NCBI GenBank assembly: GCA_965221695.1
Contig: OZ244905.1
Location: 3,392,001 to 3,456,000, forward strand
Direction: 5' to 3'
Length of the DNA: 64,000 nucleotides
Origin: Gammaproteobacteria bacterium
Lineage (GTDB): Bacteria > Pseudomonadota > Gammaproteobacteria > Eutrophobiales > Eutrophobiaceae
Shown here: piece after piece, positions 29,070 to 39,957 of the stretch
Numbering within the stretch: the first letter of the stretch is position 1
Layout of the letters: each line of letters starts with the position of its first letter
The notes under the pieces: model-generated
Seen by the model: the letters and a program-made list of their open reading frames with translations, nothing else
Database searches by the model: none
What the model was told of the DNA's origin: nothing
Translations under genes and position numbers: made by a program

Positions 29070-30006
29070 TGTGGTTGTCTACCTAATGGGACCTACGGCC
29101 TCGGGCAAAACCTCGCTGGCAGTTGAACTGGTAAAATATCTGCCACTGGAAATAATCAGCGTCGATTCAGCCATGGTCTATCGGGGAATGGATATCGGCA
29201 CAGCTAAACCGTCCCGGGCAACACAACAAATAGCCCCTCATCGCCTGATTGACATCTGTGACCCCACAGAGGCTTATTCGGCTGGCAGGTTTCGGCAAGA
29301 CGCGCTTGCGGCGATTGATGACATCCACAGGAATAATCGGATTCCCTTGTTGGTTGGCGGTACGGGACTGTATTTCCGCGCCTTGGAGCAGGGATTTTCC
29401 AATCTGCCTGCCACGCGCCAGACAGTACGGGCGCGCCTGACAAAAATGTTATCGGAAAGCAGTTCCTCCGCATTGCATGCGGAACTGAAGCGTGTTGATC
29501 CCGCCTCGGCCAGGCGTCTTCATCCCAACGACTCACAGCGCGTCCAACGTGCTCTGGAGGTCTACGAGATGACCAGTACACCCTTATCCGAACTGACCAG
29601 TAAGGGGCGGTTGGGCGCTTTGCCGCATACGATTATCAAACTGGCCCTGGCGCCTTCCGATAGGCTTGTTATTCGGGAACGGGCCAGGCAGCGTTTTATC
29701 GGGATGTTGCAACAGGGGCTGGTGGATGAGGCGCGCGGCTTCTTTCGGCGTGCGGATATGCATGAGAACCTGACTTCCATGCGCATGGTCGGATACCGGC
29801 AGGTGTGGGCTTACCTGGCAGGCCGTTTCGGATATTCCGAAATGCGTGAACGCGCCGTGATCGCGACGCGGCAACTGGCTAAGCGCCAACTTACCTGGTT
29901 AAGAACAGAGAAGAATGCCACTTGGTTCGATAGCGGCGCAGAGGATATCAGACAGGAGGTCATGAAGTTTCTGTGTAAGAATCCTGCGTTTTCCTCCGCT
30001 ATGTAA
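29062..30006 (+). CDS. miaA: tRNA dimethylallyltransferase
   Basis: 'GPTASGKT', 'DSAMVYRGMDIGTAKP', 'TRQLAKRQLTW'. Confidence 0.97.
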   Translation: MNDVVVYLMGPTASGKTSLAVELVKYLPLEIISVDSAMVYRGMDIGTAKPSRATQQIAPHRLIDICDPTEAYSAGRFRQDALAAIDDIHRNNRIPLLVGGTGLYFRALEQGFSNLPATRQTVRARLTKMLSESSSSALHAELKRVDPASARRLHPNDSQRVQRALEVYEMTSTPLSELTSKGRLGALPHTIIKLALAPSDRLVIRERARQRFIGMLQQGLVDEARGFFRRADMHENLTSMRMVGYRQVWAYLAGRFGYSEMRERAVIATRQLAKRQLTWLRTEKNATWFDSGAEDIRQEVMKFLCKNPAFSSAM

Positions 30007-30139
30007 TATAATTGTACTCCCACGCTCGCTTGACTGACGGGCTTGTCTGCATTGGTTGTCGGAATGAACCGAAAACAGGAATGCTGGTTATCACAATGCG
30101 GATAATAATAATCATAACGAATAGAAATGAGGTGGCATT

Positions 30140-30382
30140 ATGAGCAAGGGTCACACACTCCAGGATCCATTTCTTAACACTTTGCGCAGGGAACGAATTC
30201 CCGTATCGATTTACCTTGCAAACGGCATTAAGTTGCAGGGCCATGTTGAATCATTCGATCAGTTCGTCATTCTACTGAAAAACTCGGTGAGTCAACTGGT
30301 TTATAAACATGCGATCTCAACAATCGTACCCGCCAGAAATGTAAGGTTGCCGTTGGCGGAAGATAACAACCATGAGCTATGA
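30140..30382 (+). CDS. hfq: RNA chaperone Hfq
   Basis: 'LQDPFLN', 'NGIKLQG', 'YKHAIST'. Confidence 0.98.
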   Translation: MSKGHTLQDPFLNTLRRERIPVSIYLANGIKLQGHVESFDQFVILLKNSVSQLVYKHAISTIVPARNVRLPLAEDNNHEL

Positions 30383-31313
30383 GCGAGGTCACAATCCCAA
30401 GAAAGTCTGTGTATTAGGATCTATCAACCTCGATATCGTTGCCTCTGTCAAAAACCTGCCGCTGCCCGGGGAAACGGTTATCGCTCGCAATCTTGCGCAA
30501 TTCCCCGGCGGCAAAGGCTCAAATCAGGCGGTCGCGGCTGCGCGATTGGGCGCGGATACGTTAATGATCGGCGCCACCGGCAATGATGAGCCGGGCGCAC
30601 GGATGAGAGCTTTTTTGCAGGAGCGCGGGGTCAGTACGGCATTGGTAAAAGTTGATGCCGAGCATCCTACCGGACAGGCCTTGATCAATGTGTCTGAACG
30701 CGGGGAGAATGCCATTGTCATTGCGACGGGCGCAAACAGCGCGCTGCTTCCCTCCGACATTTCAACTGAAGAGCTATCATCCTGTGGTGTTTTTCTGGCG
30801 CAGCTTGAGACCCCGGTTGAAACAGTGAAAGCTTTTTTCAGTTATGCTTCTGCGCAGCATGGGACAACCATACTGAATGCGGCGCCGGCTGAGCCGGAAG
30901 GCGCGGCGCTTTTTCCCCTGGTCGATGTACTGATAGTCAATGAGTTGGAGCTCACTGCGTTTGCGGGTCTGCCCGAACCACCGCAGCAACCGGCCGCGGT
31001 TGTTCACGCAGCGCGACAACTGATGTCCCGTGACGGACAAACTGTTATTGTGACACTGGGAGCAAACGGAGTTGTTGTGGTAGATGATGAACAGCACAGT
31101 CTGATCCCGAGCAGACCGGCAAATGTGGTGGATACCACCGGGGCGGGAGATTGTTTTTGCGGGGTATTTGCGGCGGCGCTGGCCGCAAAACCAGTATTGA
31201 ACGAGGCAGTTGAACTGGCTGTCACAGCCGCGTCGATCTCGGTGGAGCGCGCCGGCGCCGCGACCTCGATACCGACCCGCGCTGAAATCGAAGCTGTTTT
31301 GAATAGTAGCTGA
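30372..31313 (+). CDS. rbsK: Ribokinase (PfkB family)
   Basis: 'GSINLD', '[10 protein letters not shown]', 'QLE', '[10 protein letters not shown]'. Confidence 0.85.
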   Translation: MSYERGHNPKKVCVLGSINLDIVASVKNLPLPGETVIARNLAQFPGGKGSNQAVAAARLGADTLMIGATGNDEPGARMRAFLQERGVSTALVKVDAEHPTGQALINVSERGENAIVIATGANSALLPSDISTEELSSCGVFLAQLETPVETVKAFFSYASAQHGTTILNAAPAEPEGAALFPLVDVLIVNELELTAFAGLPEPPQQPAAVVHAARQLMSRDGQTVIVTLGANGVVVVDDEQHSLIPSRPANVVDTTGAGDCFCGVFAAALAAKPVLNEAVELAVTAASISVERAGAATSIPTRAEIEAVLNSS

Positions 31314-31403
31314 ACTCTCGGGCCGTGTTTACCGATGATGAAGCAAAATTGCGCCGGCCGAATGTTTGACCTCCAGGCCAGGCGGCTGCCGTATACTGGT
31401 TGA

Positions 31404-32648
31404 ATGTTCAACCCGTTTGAAGCTTTCATCGGCCTGCGTTATGTCAGGGCCAGGCGTCGCAATCATTTCATTTCGTTCATATCCCTGGTGTCGATGCTTG
31501 GGATTGCCGTCGGCGTACTGGCCTTGATTACTGTCCTCTCGGTGATGAACGGGTTCCAGCAGGAACTAACCGGGCGCATCCTGGCAATGGCCTCCCATGC
31601 CGATGTGCTCCATGAAGACGGGGCCATCGGGGACTGGCGCTCGGTAGCCGCAGTCCTGAACCGGCAGCAGGGGATAGTCGGCGTTGCGCCTTATTTTCGT
31701 GCGGAAGGAATGCTGGTGCATGAACAGCGGGTACATGGCGTGGTATTGCGCGGCATTGACCCGGAAGCGGAAACAACGGTTTCCCTGGTCGCACAGAAGA
31801 TGCAAGCCGGTAAATTCTCAAGGCTTGAAGCGGGCGCTTACGGCATCATTATCGGGTCGGAGACCGCGCGTAAACTGAGAGTCGCACCCGGCGATATGAT
31901 CACCCTGGTGGCGCCCCGGGCCGGCGAGGGCATTGCCGGTTTTCTGCCGCGCTTGAAGCGGTTCACTGTTAGCGGCATCTTCAGCGCCGGCATGCGCGAG
32001 TTCGACAGCGGTCTGGCCCTGGTCCACCTCGATGATGCTTTACTGCTGTTTGGGCGCGCCGGACCTGCGGGGTTGAGGCTGAAAACCACTGATGTAATGC
32101 AGGCGCCGCGCCTCGGTAAGAAGGCAGTGCGCTTACTTCCTGAACAGTACGAAGTCGTGGACTGGACCAGCAGGCACGCGGTGTTTTTCCGGGCATTGAA
32201 GACAGAGAAACGGGTGATGACGGTTATCCTGATGCTGATCATCGCGGTGGCGGCGTTCAATGTGATTGCAACCCTGATGATGGTGGTCAGGGACAAACAA
32301 ACGGATATCGCGGTATTGCGTACCCTGGGCGCAGGCCCAGGCAGCATCATGAAGATTTTCATCATCCAGGGCAGCGTAATCGGCCTGGCCGGCATCATTA
32401 TCGGGGTCTTGGGCGGCATGTGGCTGTCCGATAATATCAACGCCATCGTCACCGCCGCCGAGCAGTTGCTACGCGTCAGGTTGCTGTCGCCGGACGTATA
32501 CTACATCAGTGAACTGCCTTCCGAGCTGCGCTGGCAGGATGTGGCCGTTACCGCGACGCTGGCGCTGCTGCTCGCAGTCGCGGGCACGATTTATCCGGCC
32601 TGGCGCGCCGCCCAGGTACAGCCGGCAACGGTATTGAGATATGAGTAA
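31404..32648 (+). CDS. Lipoprotein-releasing ABC permease, LolC/E/F family, copy 1
   Basis: 'IGLRY', 'FISFIS', 'SVMNGF', 'VAAFN', 'YPAWRAA...P...LRYE'. Confidence 0.92.
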   Translation: MFNPFEAFIGLRYVRARRRNHFISFISLVSMLGIAVGVLALITVLSVMNGFQQELTGRILAMASHADVLHEDGAIGDWRSVAAVLNRQQGIVGVAPYFRAEGMLVHEQRVHGVVLRGIDPEAETTVSLVAQKMQAGKFSRLEAGAYGIIIGSETARKLRVAPGDMITLVAPRAGEGIAGFLPRLKRFTVSGIFSAGMREFDSGLALVHLDDALLLFGRAGPAGLRLKTTDVMQAPRLGKKAVRLLPEQYEVVDWTSRHAVFFRALKTEKRVMTVILMLIIAVAAFNVIATLMMVVRDKQTDIAVLRTLGAGPGSIMKIFIIQGSVIGLAGIIIGVLGGMWLSDNINAIVTAAEQLLRVRLLSPDVYYISELPSELRWQDVAVTATLALLLAVAGTIYPAWRAAQVQPATVLRYE

Positions 32649-33894
32649 TCCGTTCGGCGCTTACCAGTTCTTCATCGGCCTGCGCTACGTGATGTCAAAG
32701 CGCCGCAACCGGTTTATCTCGTTCATCTCGCTCATCTCGGCGCTGAGCATTGCATTGGGAGTGGTCGTGCTGATCACGGTACTGTCCGTGGTCAACGGTT
32801 TTGAGAGAGTCCTGACCGAACACCTGCTGGGTATGGAAGCCGACGCGACCATTATCGGCTATGGTGATTCGCTCCGGGACTGGAAGGAAGTCGCGGCGCT
32901 GGCGCAACGGCATCCAGGCATCAGCAGCGTGGCCCCCTATGTGGAATCCGAAGGCATGCTGACCTTCGGCCAAGAGGTCAAAGGTGTGGTGGCGCGTGGG
33001 ATCCTGCCGGAAGCGGAACCACAGGTGTCTTTTCTGCCGGAAAAAATGATCCGCGGGGAGCTGGAGGAGCTGGCGCCCGGAGAGTTCGGGATCATCCTGG
33101 GCGCAGACCTGATGGACCTGTTGCAGGCGCAGCCCGGGGACAGCGTGACACTGGTCTCGCCGGCGGCGAGAGTAACGCCTGCGGGCATTATCCCCAGGCT
33201 CAAGCGGTTTCGCGTGGTAGGCGTGTATAACACCGATATGTATGAATTCGACAGCGCGATGGTGTTTATTCACCTGGACGATGCGGTGCGGTTTTTTCGC
33301 ACGGGCAATCCCACCGGCCTGCGTCTGAAGACCACTGATGTGATGCAGGCGCCCCGGATCAGCAGGGAGGCTTTCCGCGATGTGCCCGGACGCTACGGCG
33401 TGATCGACTGGACCCAGAGACACGTGAATTATTTTCATTCGATCCGCATGACAAAAAAGATGATGTTCGTCATACTGGTCTTGATCATTGCCGTGGCGGC
33501 CTTCAATATCATCTCCACGCTGATGATGATGGTAACCGACAAGCAGGCCGACATCGCCGTGCTGCGCACCCTGGGCGCAGCGCCGCAAGATATTATGAAG
33601 ATATTCATTATACAGGGTACGGCGCTGGGCAGCGCCGGCATTATCCTTGGCGTTGCCGGCGGCGCCGGCCTGGCAACCCATATCGACTCCATGGCGGCCG
33701 CGGTGGAGCATTACCTGCAGGTGAAATTCCTGTCGCCGGAGGTGTACTTCATCAGTGAGCTGCCCGCCGACCTGTACTGGCCGGACGTTTTCGTGATTGC
33801 GCTGGCGGCCTTCGCCTGCGCGCTGCTGGCAACCTTGTATCCGGCCTGGCGGGCGGCGCGCACACAACCGGCGGAGGCGTTGCGTCATGAATGA
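32641..33894 (+). CDS. Lipoprotein-releasing ABC permease, LolC/E/F family, copy 2
   Basis: Same motifs as copy 1; 8-bp overlap with copy 1. Confidence 0.92.
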   Translation: MSNPFGAYQFFIGLRYVMSKRRNRFISFISLISALSIALGVVVLITVLSVVNGFERVLTEHLLGMEADATIIGYGDSLRDWKEVAALAQRHPGISSVAPYVESEGMLTFGQEVKGVVARGILPEAEPQVSFLPEKMIRGELEELAPGEFGIILGADLMDLLQAQPGDSVTLVSPAARVTPAGIIPRLKRFRVVGVYNTDMYEFDSAMVFIHLDDAVRFFRTGNPTGLRLKTTDVMQAPRISREAFRDVPGRYGVIDWTQRHVNYFHSIRMTKKMMFVILVLIIAVAAFNIISTLMMMVTDKQADIAVLRTLGAAPQDIMKIFIIQGTALGSAGIILGVAGGAGLATHIDSMAAAVEHYLQVKFLSPEVYFISELPADLYWPDVFVIALAAFACALLATLYPAWRAARTQPAEALRHE

Positions 33895-34570
33895 TGTGCT
33901 CACGCTGGCCTGTACCGGCCTGTGCAAAACATTCAGCGAAGGGGACTTGCACGTTGAGGTGTTGAAAGGCGTTGAGCTGGCGGTGCCGGCCGGGGTCTGC
34001 ATTGGGGTGGCCGGTTCGTCGGGATCGGGCAAGAGTACGCTGCTGCACCTGTTGGGTGGGCTGGATCAGCCCAGCGCCGGCGAGGTGACGGTGGATGGAG
34101 TCTCACTGGCGGCGTTGTCTGAAGTGGAAACCGGCGTGTTGCGTAACCAGAAACTGGGTTTCGTCTACCAGTTCCATCACCTGCTGGCGGAATTTACCGC
34201 GCTGGAGAACGTCGCGCTGCCGTTGCTGGTCAGGGGGGAGGCGGCGCAAACGGCCCGGGATGCCGCCGCTGAGATGCTGGCCGAGGTGGGCCTGGAACAG
34301 CGCTTGCGGCATAAGCCCGGGGAATTGTCGGGTGGTGAAAGGCAGCGGGCGGCCATCGCCCGGGCGCTGGTGACGCGCCCCCGCTGTGTGCTCGCGGACG
34401 AACCCACCGGCAACCTGGATGAACAGACCGCGGCCCGAGTGTTTTCGGTCATGCTGGAGTTGAACAGGACACACGGCATCAGCATGGTCATGGTCACCCA
34501 CAATACCCGCCTGCTCGACAAGCTGGACCAGGTATACGAATTGAGTGACGGTAAGCTACACTCCAGCTAA
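33887..34570 (+). CDS. lolD: Lipoprotein-releasing ABC ATPase
   Basis: Start MNDVL at 33887; 'GSSGSGKS', '[10 protein letters not shown]', 'LSGGERQR'. Confidence 0.95.
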   Translation: MNDVLTLACTGLCKTFSEGDLHVEVLKGVELAVPAGVCIGVAGSSGSGKSTLLHLLGGLDQPSAGEVTVDGVSLAALSEVETGVLRNQKLGFVYQFHHLLAEFTALENVALPLLVRGEAAQTARDAAAEMLAEVGLEQRLRHKPGELSGGERQRAAIARALVTRPRCVLADEPTGNLDEQTAARVFSVMLELNRTHGISMVMVTHNTRLLDKLDQVYELSDGKLHSS

Positions 34571-34594
34571 TATTCAGATCACAGGGATTGTTTC

Positions 34595-36901
34595 ATGTTT
34601 TTCAAAGGATTGTTATTTCTCACCGGCGTTATCGCCTGTTTGCGCCTGGCGAGCCTGCCACCAGTCTGGTTTGCGTTCGGATTGCCATTGCTTGCCTGGT
34701 TGGCCTGGCGCTGCCGCCGTTGCCGCTACCCTTGTTGGGCGCTTGGCGGTTTTCTCTGGGCGCTGCTCAATGCCCAGCTATTATTACAGCAACAATTGTT
34801 GCCGCGCGATGAAGGCAAATCACTGGACGCGATCGGCGTGGTCGTCTCACTGCCCGAGACAAGAGGGACATCGACGCGCTTTAACTTTCGTGTAGAACAA
34901 CTTCAACAACATGGTCACCCGGTCACGTCCAATCCCGGCAAGGTAAGATTGAGCTGGTATCAAGGCAGCCAATCGGTGCGGCCGGGAGAGCAATGGCGGC
35001 TGAAGATCAGGCTGAAACGGCCGCGCGGCTATATGAACCCCGGCGGTTTCGATTACGAGTCCTGGCTGTTCCAGAACCGCCTGCGCGCCACCGGCTACGT
35101 GGTCGATGATAACAACAATGCCCGTCTGCGGCCTGCCGGCAGGTTCAACCCCGATTCCCTGCGCTTTGCGTTGAGAGAAAAGATTCGAGCGGGGTTTCCA
35201 AACGACCCGCTGGCCGCGCTGGTCCCGGCCCTGGCGGTCGGCGACCGGAGCGCGCTGAGCGATGCGCAATGGCGGGCGCTGACCGTAACCGGCGCCAACC
35301 ACCTGATAGCGATTTCCGGCTTGCATATCGGCCTGGTGGCCGGCCTCACCTACCTGCTGTTGCTGAAGCTGTGGGGGGTGTTGCCGATATTTGCCTACGG
35401 TCCGCTCGGTAATATCCCCCCAATCAGGGCCGCAGCGCTGGGTGCGATGCTGGCGGCTCTGGTCTATGCGTTACTGGCCGGGTTTTCGTTGCCTACACAA
35501 CGCGCCTTGATCATGCTCTGGGTGTATTTTGGCATGAAGTTATACGACCGCTCGGCGCCCGCGGGCGATGTGCTGGGGGTAGCGTTAATTGCAGTTTTGA
35601 TCCTGGACCCGCTTGCTCCGATGGCGGCGAGTTTTTGGTTGTCGTTCGGCGCCGTGGCAGTGATATTTTACGGTGTCAGCTACCGGGTTCATTTGGGCCG
35701 GCACAAGTTGCGGGAAGCAGTCAGGGTGCAGTATATCGTCACGCTGGGCCTGGCGCCGGCGCTGGCCTTGTACTACCAGCAGATACCGGTGTTGAGTCTG
35801 CTTGCGAACCTGTTCGCAGTGCCTTGGGTCAGTTTTGTCCTGATACCCCTGATATTCGGCGGCTGCCTGCTGTTGTTATTCGAGGTGGAGTTGTTGCTGG
35901 AGCTTGCCCTGCTGGCCTTACGCGTGTTGTGGTGGGTGTTGGCGTACTTTGCCGGATGGGAATTCCAGTTGCTTCCGGTCGCACGTCCGGAACTGCCGGT
36001 CCTCGCGTTTGCCACCATCGGCGTGATGATCCTGTTATTACCCCGAGGCAGCCCCGGCAGGTGGTTGGGCGCACTCTGGCTCGCCCCGTTACTGTTCAGC
36101 GCCAGGCCGGGACCCGGATTCGGCGAGGTTGTTATGACCGTGCTAGACGTCGGGCAAGGGCTTGCGGTGGTTGTGCGCACACAGGATCACGCCATGCTCT
36201 ACGATACCGGACCCGGCTACGCGTCCGGTTTCAACACCGGCGCCGCGGTGGTCACGCCGTTTCTGCGCAACTCGGGGATCCGCAAGCTGGATTTGCTTGT
36301 GCAAAGCCACGGCGACAATGATCATATCGGCGGCTTGCCGGGCGTCCTGCAGGAAGTCCCCGTAGACCGGATCATCAGCAGCGTGCCTGATAAGGTTTCA
36401 CATCCGCAGGTTCGGGATTGCCGGGATGGCCAGTCCTGGCGCTGGGATGGCGTGCAGTTTGAGGTCTTGCATCCGGTTGCAGGCGTGGAGATGTCCGCCA
36501 ATGACCGCTCATGCGTCGTGCGGGTTCGCGCGCGCAACCTGACCCTGTTGTTGTCCGGCGATATCGAGCAGGCAGCCGAGCGAGGCCTGCTTCAGCGTCA
36601 CCGCACAGGCTTGAAATCGGACGTGCTGGTGGTCCCGCACCACGGCAGCAAGACCTCCTCAACCGGTGATTTTATCCGGACCGTTGATCCAGACATCGCC
36701 ATTTTCCCGGTAGGTTACAGGAACCGCTTCGGACTGCCCAACCGGGATGTGGTTGCCCGTTACCGGGAACACGGCGCCCGATTGTTGAGCGCCGCCGAGA
36801 GCGGCGCGATCCGCATCCGCACATCCAACTCGGACCTGACAATCACTGAGCATAGGGAAAAACACCGCCGATTCTGGCATACCGGCCCGTCCGGATTTTA
36901 G
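34595..36901 (+). CDS. comEC: DNA internalization competence protein ComEC/Rec2
   Basis: 'HLIAISGLH', 'LDVGQG', 'SHGDNDH', 'PHHGS'. Confidence 0.95.
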   Translation: MFFKGLLFLTGVIACLRLASLPPVWFAFGLPLLAWLAWRCRRCRYPCWALGGFLWALLNAQLLLQQQLLPRDEGKSLDAIGVVVSLPETRGTSTRFNFRVEQLQQHGHPVTSNPGKVRLSWYQGSQSVRPGEQWRLKIRLKRPRGYMNPGGFDYESWLFQNRLRATGYVVDDNNNARLRPAGRFNPDSLRFALREKIRAGFPNDPLAALVPALAVGDRSALSDAQWRALTVTGANHLIAISGLHIGLVAGLTYLLLLKLWGVLPIFAYGPLGNIPPIRAAALGAMLAALVYALLAGFSLPTQRALIMLWVYFGMKLYDRSAPAGDVLGVALIAVLILDPLAPMAASFWLSFGAVAVIFYGVSYRVHLGRHKLREAVRVQYIVTLGLAPALALYYQQIPVLSLLANLFAVPWVSFVLIPLIFGGCLLLLFEVELLLELALLALRVLWWVLAYFAGWEFQLLPVARPELPVLAFATIGVMILLLPRGSPGRWLGALWLAPLLFSARPGPGFGEVVMTVLDVGQGLAVVVRTQDHAMLYDTGPGYASGFNTGAAVVTPFLRNSGIRKLDLLVQSHGDNDHIGGLPGVLQEVPVDRIISSVPDKVSHPQVRDCRDGQSWRWDGVQFEVLHPVAGVEMSANDRSCVVRVRARNLTLLLSGDIEQAAERGLLQRHRTGLKSDVLVVPHHGSKTSSTGDFIRTVDPDIAIFPVGYRNRFGLPNRDVVARYREHGARLLSAAESGAIRIRTSNSDLTITEHREKHRRFWHTGPSGF

Positions 36902-36979
36902 TTCCCAGGCGATGCGATGATCGCGCCGGTAGTGGATTTGGCCGAAAGGCCCATCGCAATAGGCTTTTTTCATCTGCAA
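36902..36979 (-). pseudogene. N-terminal fragment of an alpha/beta-hydrolase-like gene, truncated at the comEC junction
   Basis: Starts 10 bp after the MetE-like gene with MQMKKAYCDGPFGQIHYR, then runs into the antisense strand of comEC. Confidence 0.55.
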
Positions 36980-36989
36980 TGGTTATTTC

Positions 36990-38174
36990 CTAAAATAGGC
37001 GCTCGGAAGCTATCGCCGCGCCCTCCGACAACATGCGCAGTTTTTCCCATGCCACATCCGGCGCGACCAGCAGGTACCCCGCAAAGGTGCTGAAACCACA
37101 GTCGGTGGAAGCAATGATGCGGCGCGGATCGCCGACTACCTCGGCAGCGGCCTCAATGCGGTCTGCCACCAGCAGCGGATGTTCCAGCATGTTGGTGGTG
37201 ACATCAATGACCCCCGGGAACAAGTCCATGCCCGGCGGCAGCGGATATTGTTTCAGCAGTTTCAATTCGTGCGCATGGCGGGGATTGGCAAAGGCAAAAC
37301 TGATGGCGCCGACTTTTGCTTCGTACATCACCGGCAGCAGGGGTTCGAGCTCAATATCATCGATATGTGGCCCGTCCCAGTTGCCCCAGCAGACATGCAA
37401 GCGCACCTGCTCCCGCGGAATACCGGAGATGGCATGATTGAGCGCCCTGATATGCAAGGCCATCCTGTCGAGAAATTCATCCAGGGTTTTATCGAGATAA
37501 AGGATCTGCCATTCGAGGATGTCCGGGGCATCGATTTGCAGCACGTGGCCCCGTTGAACGATGAGTTCATATTCGTGCCGGAGTTCTTCCGCCAATCCCA
37601 TCACATACTCTTCATCGTCGGCGTAATCCGGGTTGTCGGCGCTGCGCAGCAGGGTCGTCGACACGATGCCGGGACTCGCCGCGGTGACGAAGGTTTCCCG
37701 TATCCTGTCCCTGGCCTTATTACGATCCAGGGCTTCGGCAAACAGCGACAACTCCTGCTTCGCCGCGTATTGTTCGCTGTCGTATTTCACTGCGCAGCGG
37801 CAGGCCGGCATCGCAAAAAGAGATGCCGATTTCGTGGGTTGTTTGTCCTTGCCGAACTTCATCTCCGCATAACCGGGGAATTTGGCAAAATCCGTGACCG
37901 TGCCCCGGTGGCATTCACCGCCAAAACCGGTCATTCGATCCTTTACGTAAAAGGAAAAGCCCAGGCGCGGCATTTCTCCGTCACCGATGACGTCTATCCC
38001 CGTTTCCACCTGTTTCCGGATCGCATAATCAAGGTCTTTCCCTACCTGTTCCTGGAACTGCGCGTCGTCAACCGGCTGTCCCTGTTCCTTTTTTATCAGC
38101 AGGTCAATCAAATCAGGACTACGCGGCAGGCTGCCCACATGGGTGGTGATAATCCGGTCTTCACTGGTTTTCAT
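36990..38174 (-). CDS. Cobalamin-independent methionine synthase II family (single-domain MetE/XecA-like Zn enzyme)
   Basis: 'TTHVGSLPR', 'DGEM', Zn ligands 'HVCWGN' and 'TDCGF'. Confidence 0.87.
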   Translation of the reverse strand: MKTSEDRIITTHVGSLPRSPDLIDLLIKKEQGQPVDDAQFQEQVGKDLDYAIRKQVETGIDVIGDGEMPRLGFSFYVKDRMTGFGGECHRGTVTDFAKFPGYAEMKFGKDKQPTKSASLFAMPACRCAVKYDSEQYAAKQELSLFAEALDRNKARDRIRETFVTAASPGIVSTTLLRSADNPDYADDEEYVMGLAEELRHEYELIVQRGHVLQIDAPDILEWQILYLDKTLDEFLDRMALHIRALNHAISGIPREQVRLHVCWGNWDGPHIDDIELEPLLPVMYEAKVGAISFAFANPRHAHELKLLKQYPLPPGMDLFPGVIDVTTNMLEHPLLVADRIEAAAEVVGDPRRIIASTDCGFSTFAGYLLVAPDVAWEKLRMLSEGAAIASERLF

Positions 38175-38214
38175 TTATTTTCCCCTGAAAGTCAGTTGAA
38201 AGAGTACTAACCCG

Positions 38215-38988
38215 TCAGCTTTCCCATTCGACATTGCCATCAACACTGATCAACTGGCCGGTAATATGACGTCCCTTTGCGGATAACAGGTAATCCACCA
38301 TGTCCGCCAGTTCCTGCGGGTCCACGCCACAGCGCATTGAGATATAACGGGTATATTGTTCTCGCATCTGTTCCGGTGTAATGCCCTTGGAGGCCGCATT
38401 GCGATCGATAATCCCCTGCATGCGCGCATTGTTGATCATGCCCGGCAGTATCGCGTTGACACGGATATTACTCGGTCCCAACTCACGGGCTAGGTTCAAG
38501 GACAAGCCTTCGACGGCGTACTTGGAAACCACGTAAGGGGTGCGATACGGGATTCGTGTTTTGGTGGAACCGGAAGAGAAGTTGACGATGGCGCCGCGTT
38601 CCCGCGCCTTCATTCCGGGGACGACCTCCTTGATGGTATAGAGCATACCGTTGACATTTACCTGCATGACTTCATCCCAATCCTCCACCGTCATGTCTTC
38701 GATCAGCGCATGGGGGCCGGAAATCCCGACCACATTGACCAGCGCGTCGATGTCGCCGAGTGTTTCACCTGCTTCCAGGAACAGTTGTCTGACCTGCTCC
38801 CGATTGCCTACATCGGCCGGCGTGCCGGTGAGTCCGGGATTAGTTGCCAGAGTGGCGGTGAGCACATCCTCCCGCACATCGCAGATATGCACCTTGAAAC
38901 CGGATTTCAGTAGCGTGAGGGCAATCGCGAGGCCGGCGCTGTCAGCCCCGCCGGTGACGACGGCTGTTTGCAGTTGTTCGCTCATCAC
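38215..38988 (-). CDS. SDR oxidoreductase
   Basis: Rossmann 'TGGADSAG', 'YVVSK', 'NAILPG'. Confidence 0.88.
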   Translation of the reverse strand: MMSEQLQTAVVTGGADSAGLAIALTLLKSGFKVHICDVREDVLTATLATNPGLTGTPADVGNREQVRQLFLEAGETLGDIDALVNVVGISGPHALIEDMTVEDWDEVMQVNVNGMLYTIKEVVPGMKARERGAIVNFSSGSTKTRIPYRTPYVVSKYAVEGLSLNLARELGPSNIRVNAILPGMINNARMQGIIDRNAASKGITPEQMREQYTRYISMRCGVDPQELADMVDYLLSAKGRHITGQLISVDGNVEWES

Positions 38989-38991
38989 ATA

Positions 38992-39957
38992 TCAATAGGA
39001 TGTGGGTTCAGCGGGCAACCCCAGCATCGCACGGGCCTGGGCCGGCGTCGCTACCTCCCGGTTCAGTTCCTGAGCGAGACGCGCCGTGCGCTTCACTGCT
39101 TCGGCATTGTTACTGAACTTCCTGCCACGGCTGTAATACAGGTTGTCTTCGAGTCCAACCCGCGCATGGCCGCCCATCAACATCGCCAGTGTGGTCAGTG
39201 GCAGTTGAAAAGGTCCAATGCCTGAGCAAAGCCAGACCGTCTGTTCGGGAAACTCGCGGAGCAGGTTCAAAGTATTTTCCGGGGTGGGGTAGCTCGCGGT
39301 CTGCGCCCCCATCACCGTCTGGATGAGATAGGGGGGGTCGATTAGTTCGTGCTGGATGAGATCCTGTATGACCCAGGCGCCGCCGGTGTGGTAGGTCTCC
39401 AGTTCCGGTCTTATGTCCCGTTTTTTCATCTCCGCGGCGAATTGCTCTATCTGCCCATAGCTGAAAGGCATACACATGTCGTAAACCTGTTCCGGTCTCG
39501 GATTGGGTAGCGGTGCCGGACGCGCCGGAATTTTGAACCGTGACATATCCGGGGTCAGGTTCAGGGAAGCCAGCTCCGGTTTTGCGTCCAGGCATGAGAG
39601 CCGTTCATCCATGGTCATCACCGGGTCACCGCCGGTGGTATTGTTGATGATGATATCAGGGCAGCGCGCGCGGATCTTGCTGTTGACTTCCCACCAGACC
39701 TCGGTGGTCGTCGCCCCCAAAGGCAGGTTGTCGGGCTTGCGGGCATGGACGTGGACCATGGAAGCCCCCGCCTCGTAGGCGGCATGAACCGAATCTGCGA
39801 TTTCATCCGCAGTTTCTGGCAGGGCCTCGTGCATCTCCTTACCCTGTATGCCGCCGTTGCAGGCGACTACGATCATGACCGGAGGCATACCGCGCCTTGT
39901 GTGTTGCATGAACTCGTAACTGTCCATGTAGTCCCAGGTCTGGTTTTGTTCGGGCAT
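38992..39957 (-). CDS. Beta-keto acid cleavage enzyme (BKACE/DUF849, Kce/CdhC-like)
   Basis: 'AGASMVHVHAR', 'NTTGG', 'PELE', 'GGHARVGLEDN'. Confidence 0.92.
   Translation of the reverse strand: MPEQNQTWDYMDSYEFMQHTRRGMPPVMIVVACNGGIQGKEMHEALPETADEIADSVHAAYEAGASMVHVHARKPDNLPLGATTTEVWWEVNSKIRARCPDIIINNTTGGDPVMTMDERLSCLDAKPELASLNLTPDMSRFKIPARPAPLPNPRPEQVYDMCMPFSYGQIEQFAAEMKKRDIRPELETYHTGGAWVIQDLIQHELIDPPYLIQTVMGAQTASYPTPENTLNLLREFPEQTVWLCSGIGPFQLPLTTLAMLMGGHARVGLEDNLYYSRGRKFSNNAEAVKRTARLAQELNREVATPAQARAMLGLPAEPTSY

Noticed and set aside
32695-34032. Long antisense ORFs (445 aa here; also 49964-51301, 37179-38210, 43317-44369, 52744-53823)
   Set aside because: Shadow ORFs opposite well-supported genes in GC-rich DNA, with no recognisable motifs.
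36990-38174. Housekeeping methionine synthase metE
   Set aside because: Only the single catalytic domain is present, and its context is catabolic.
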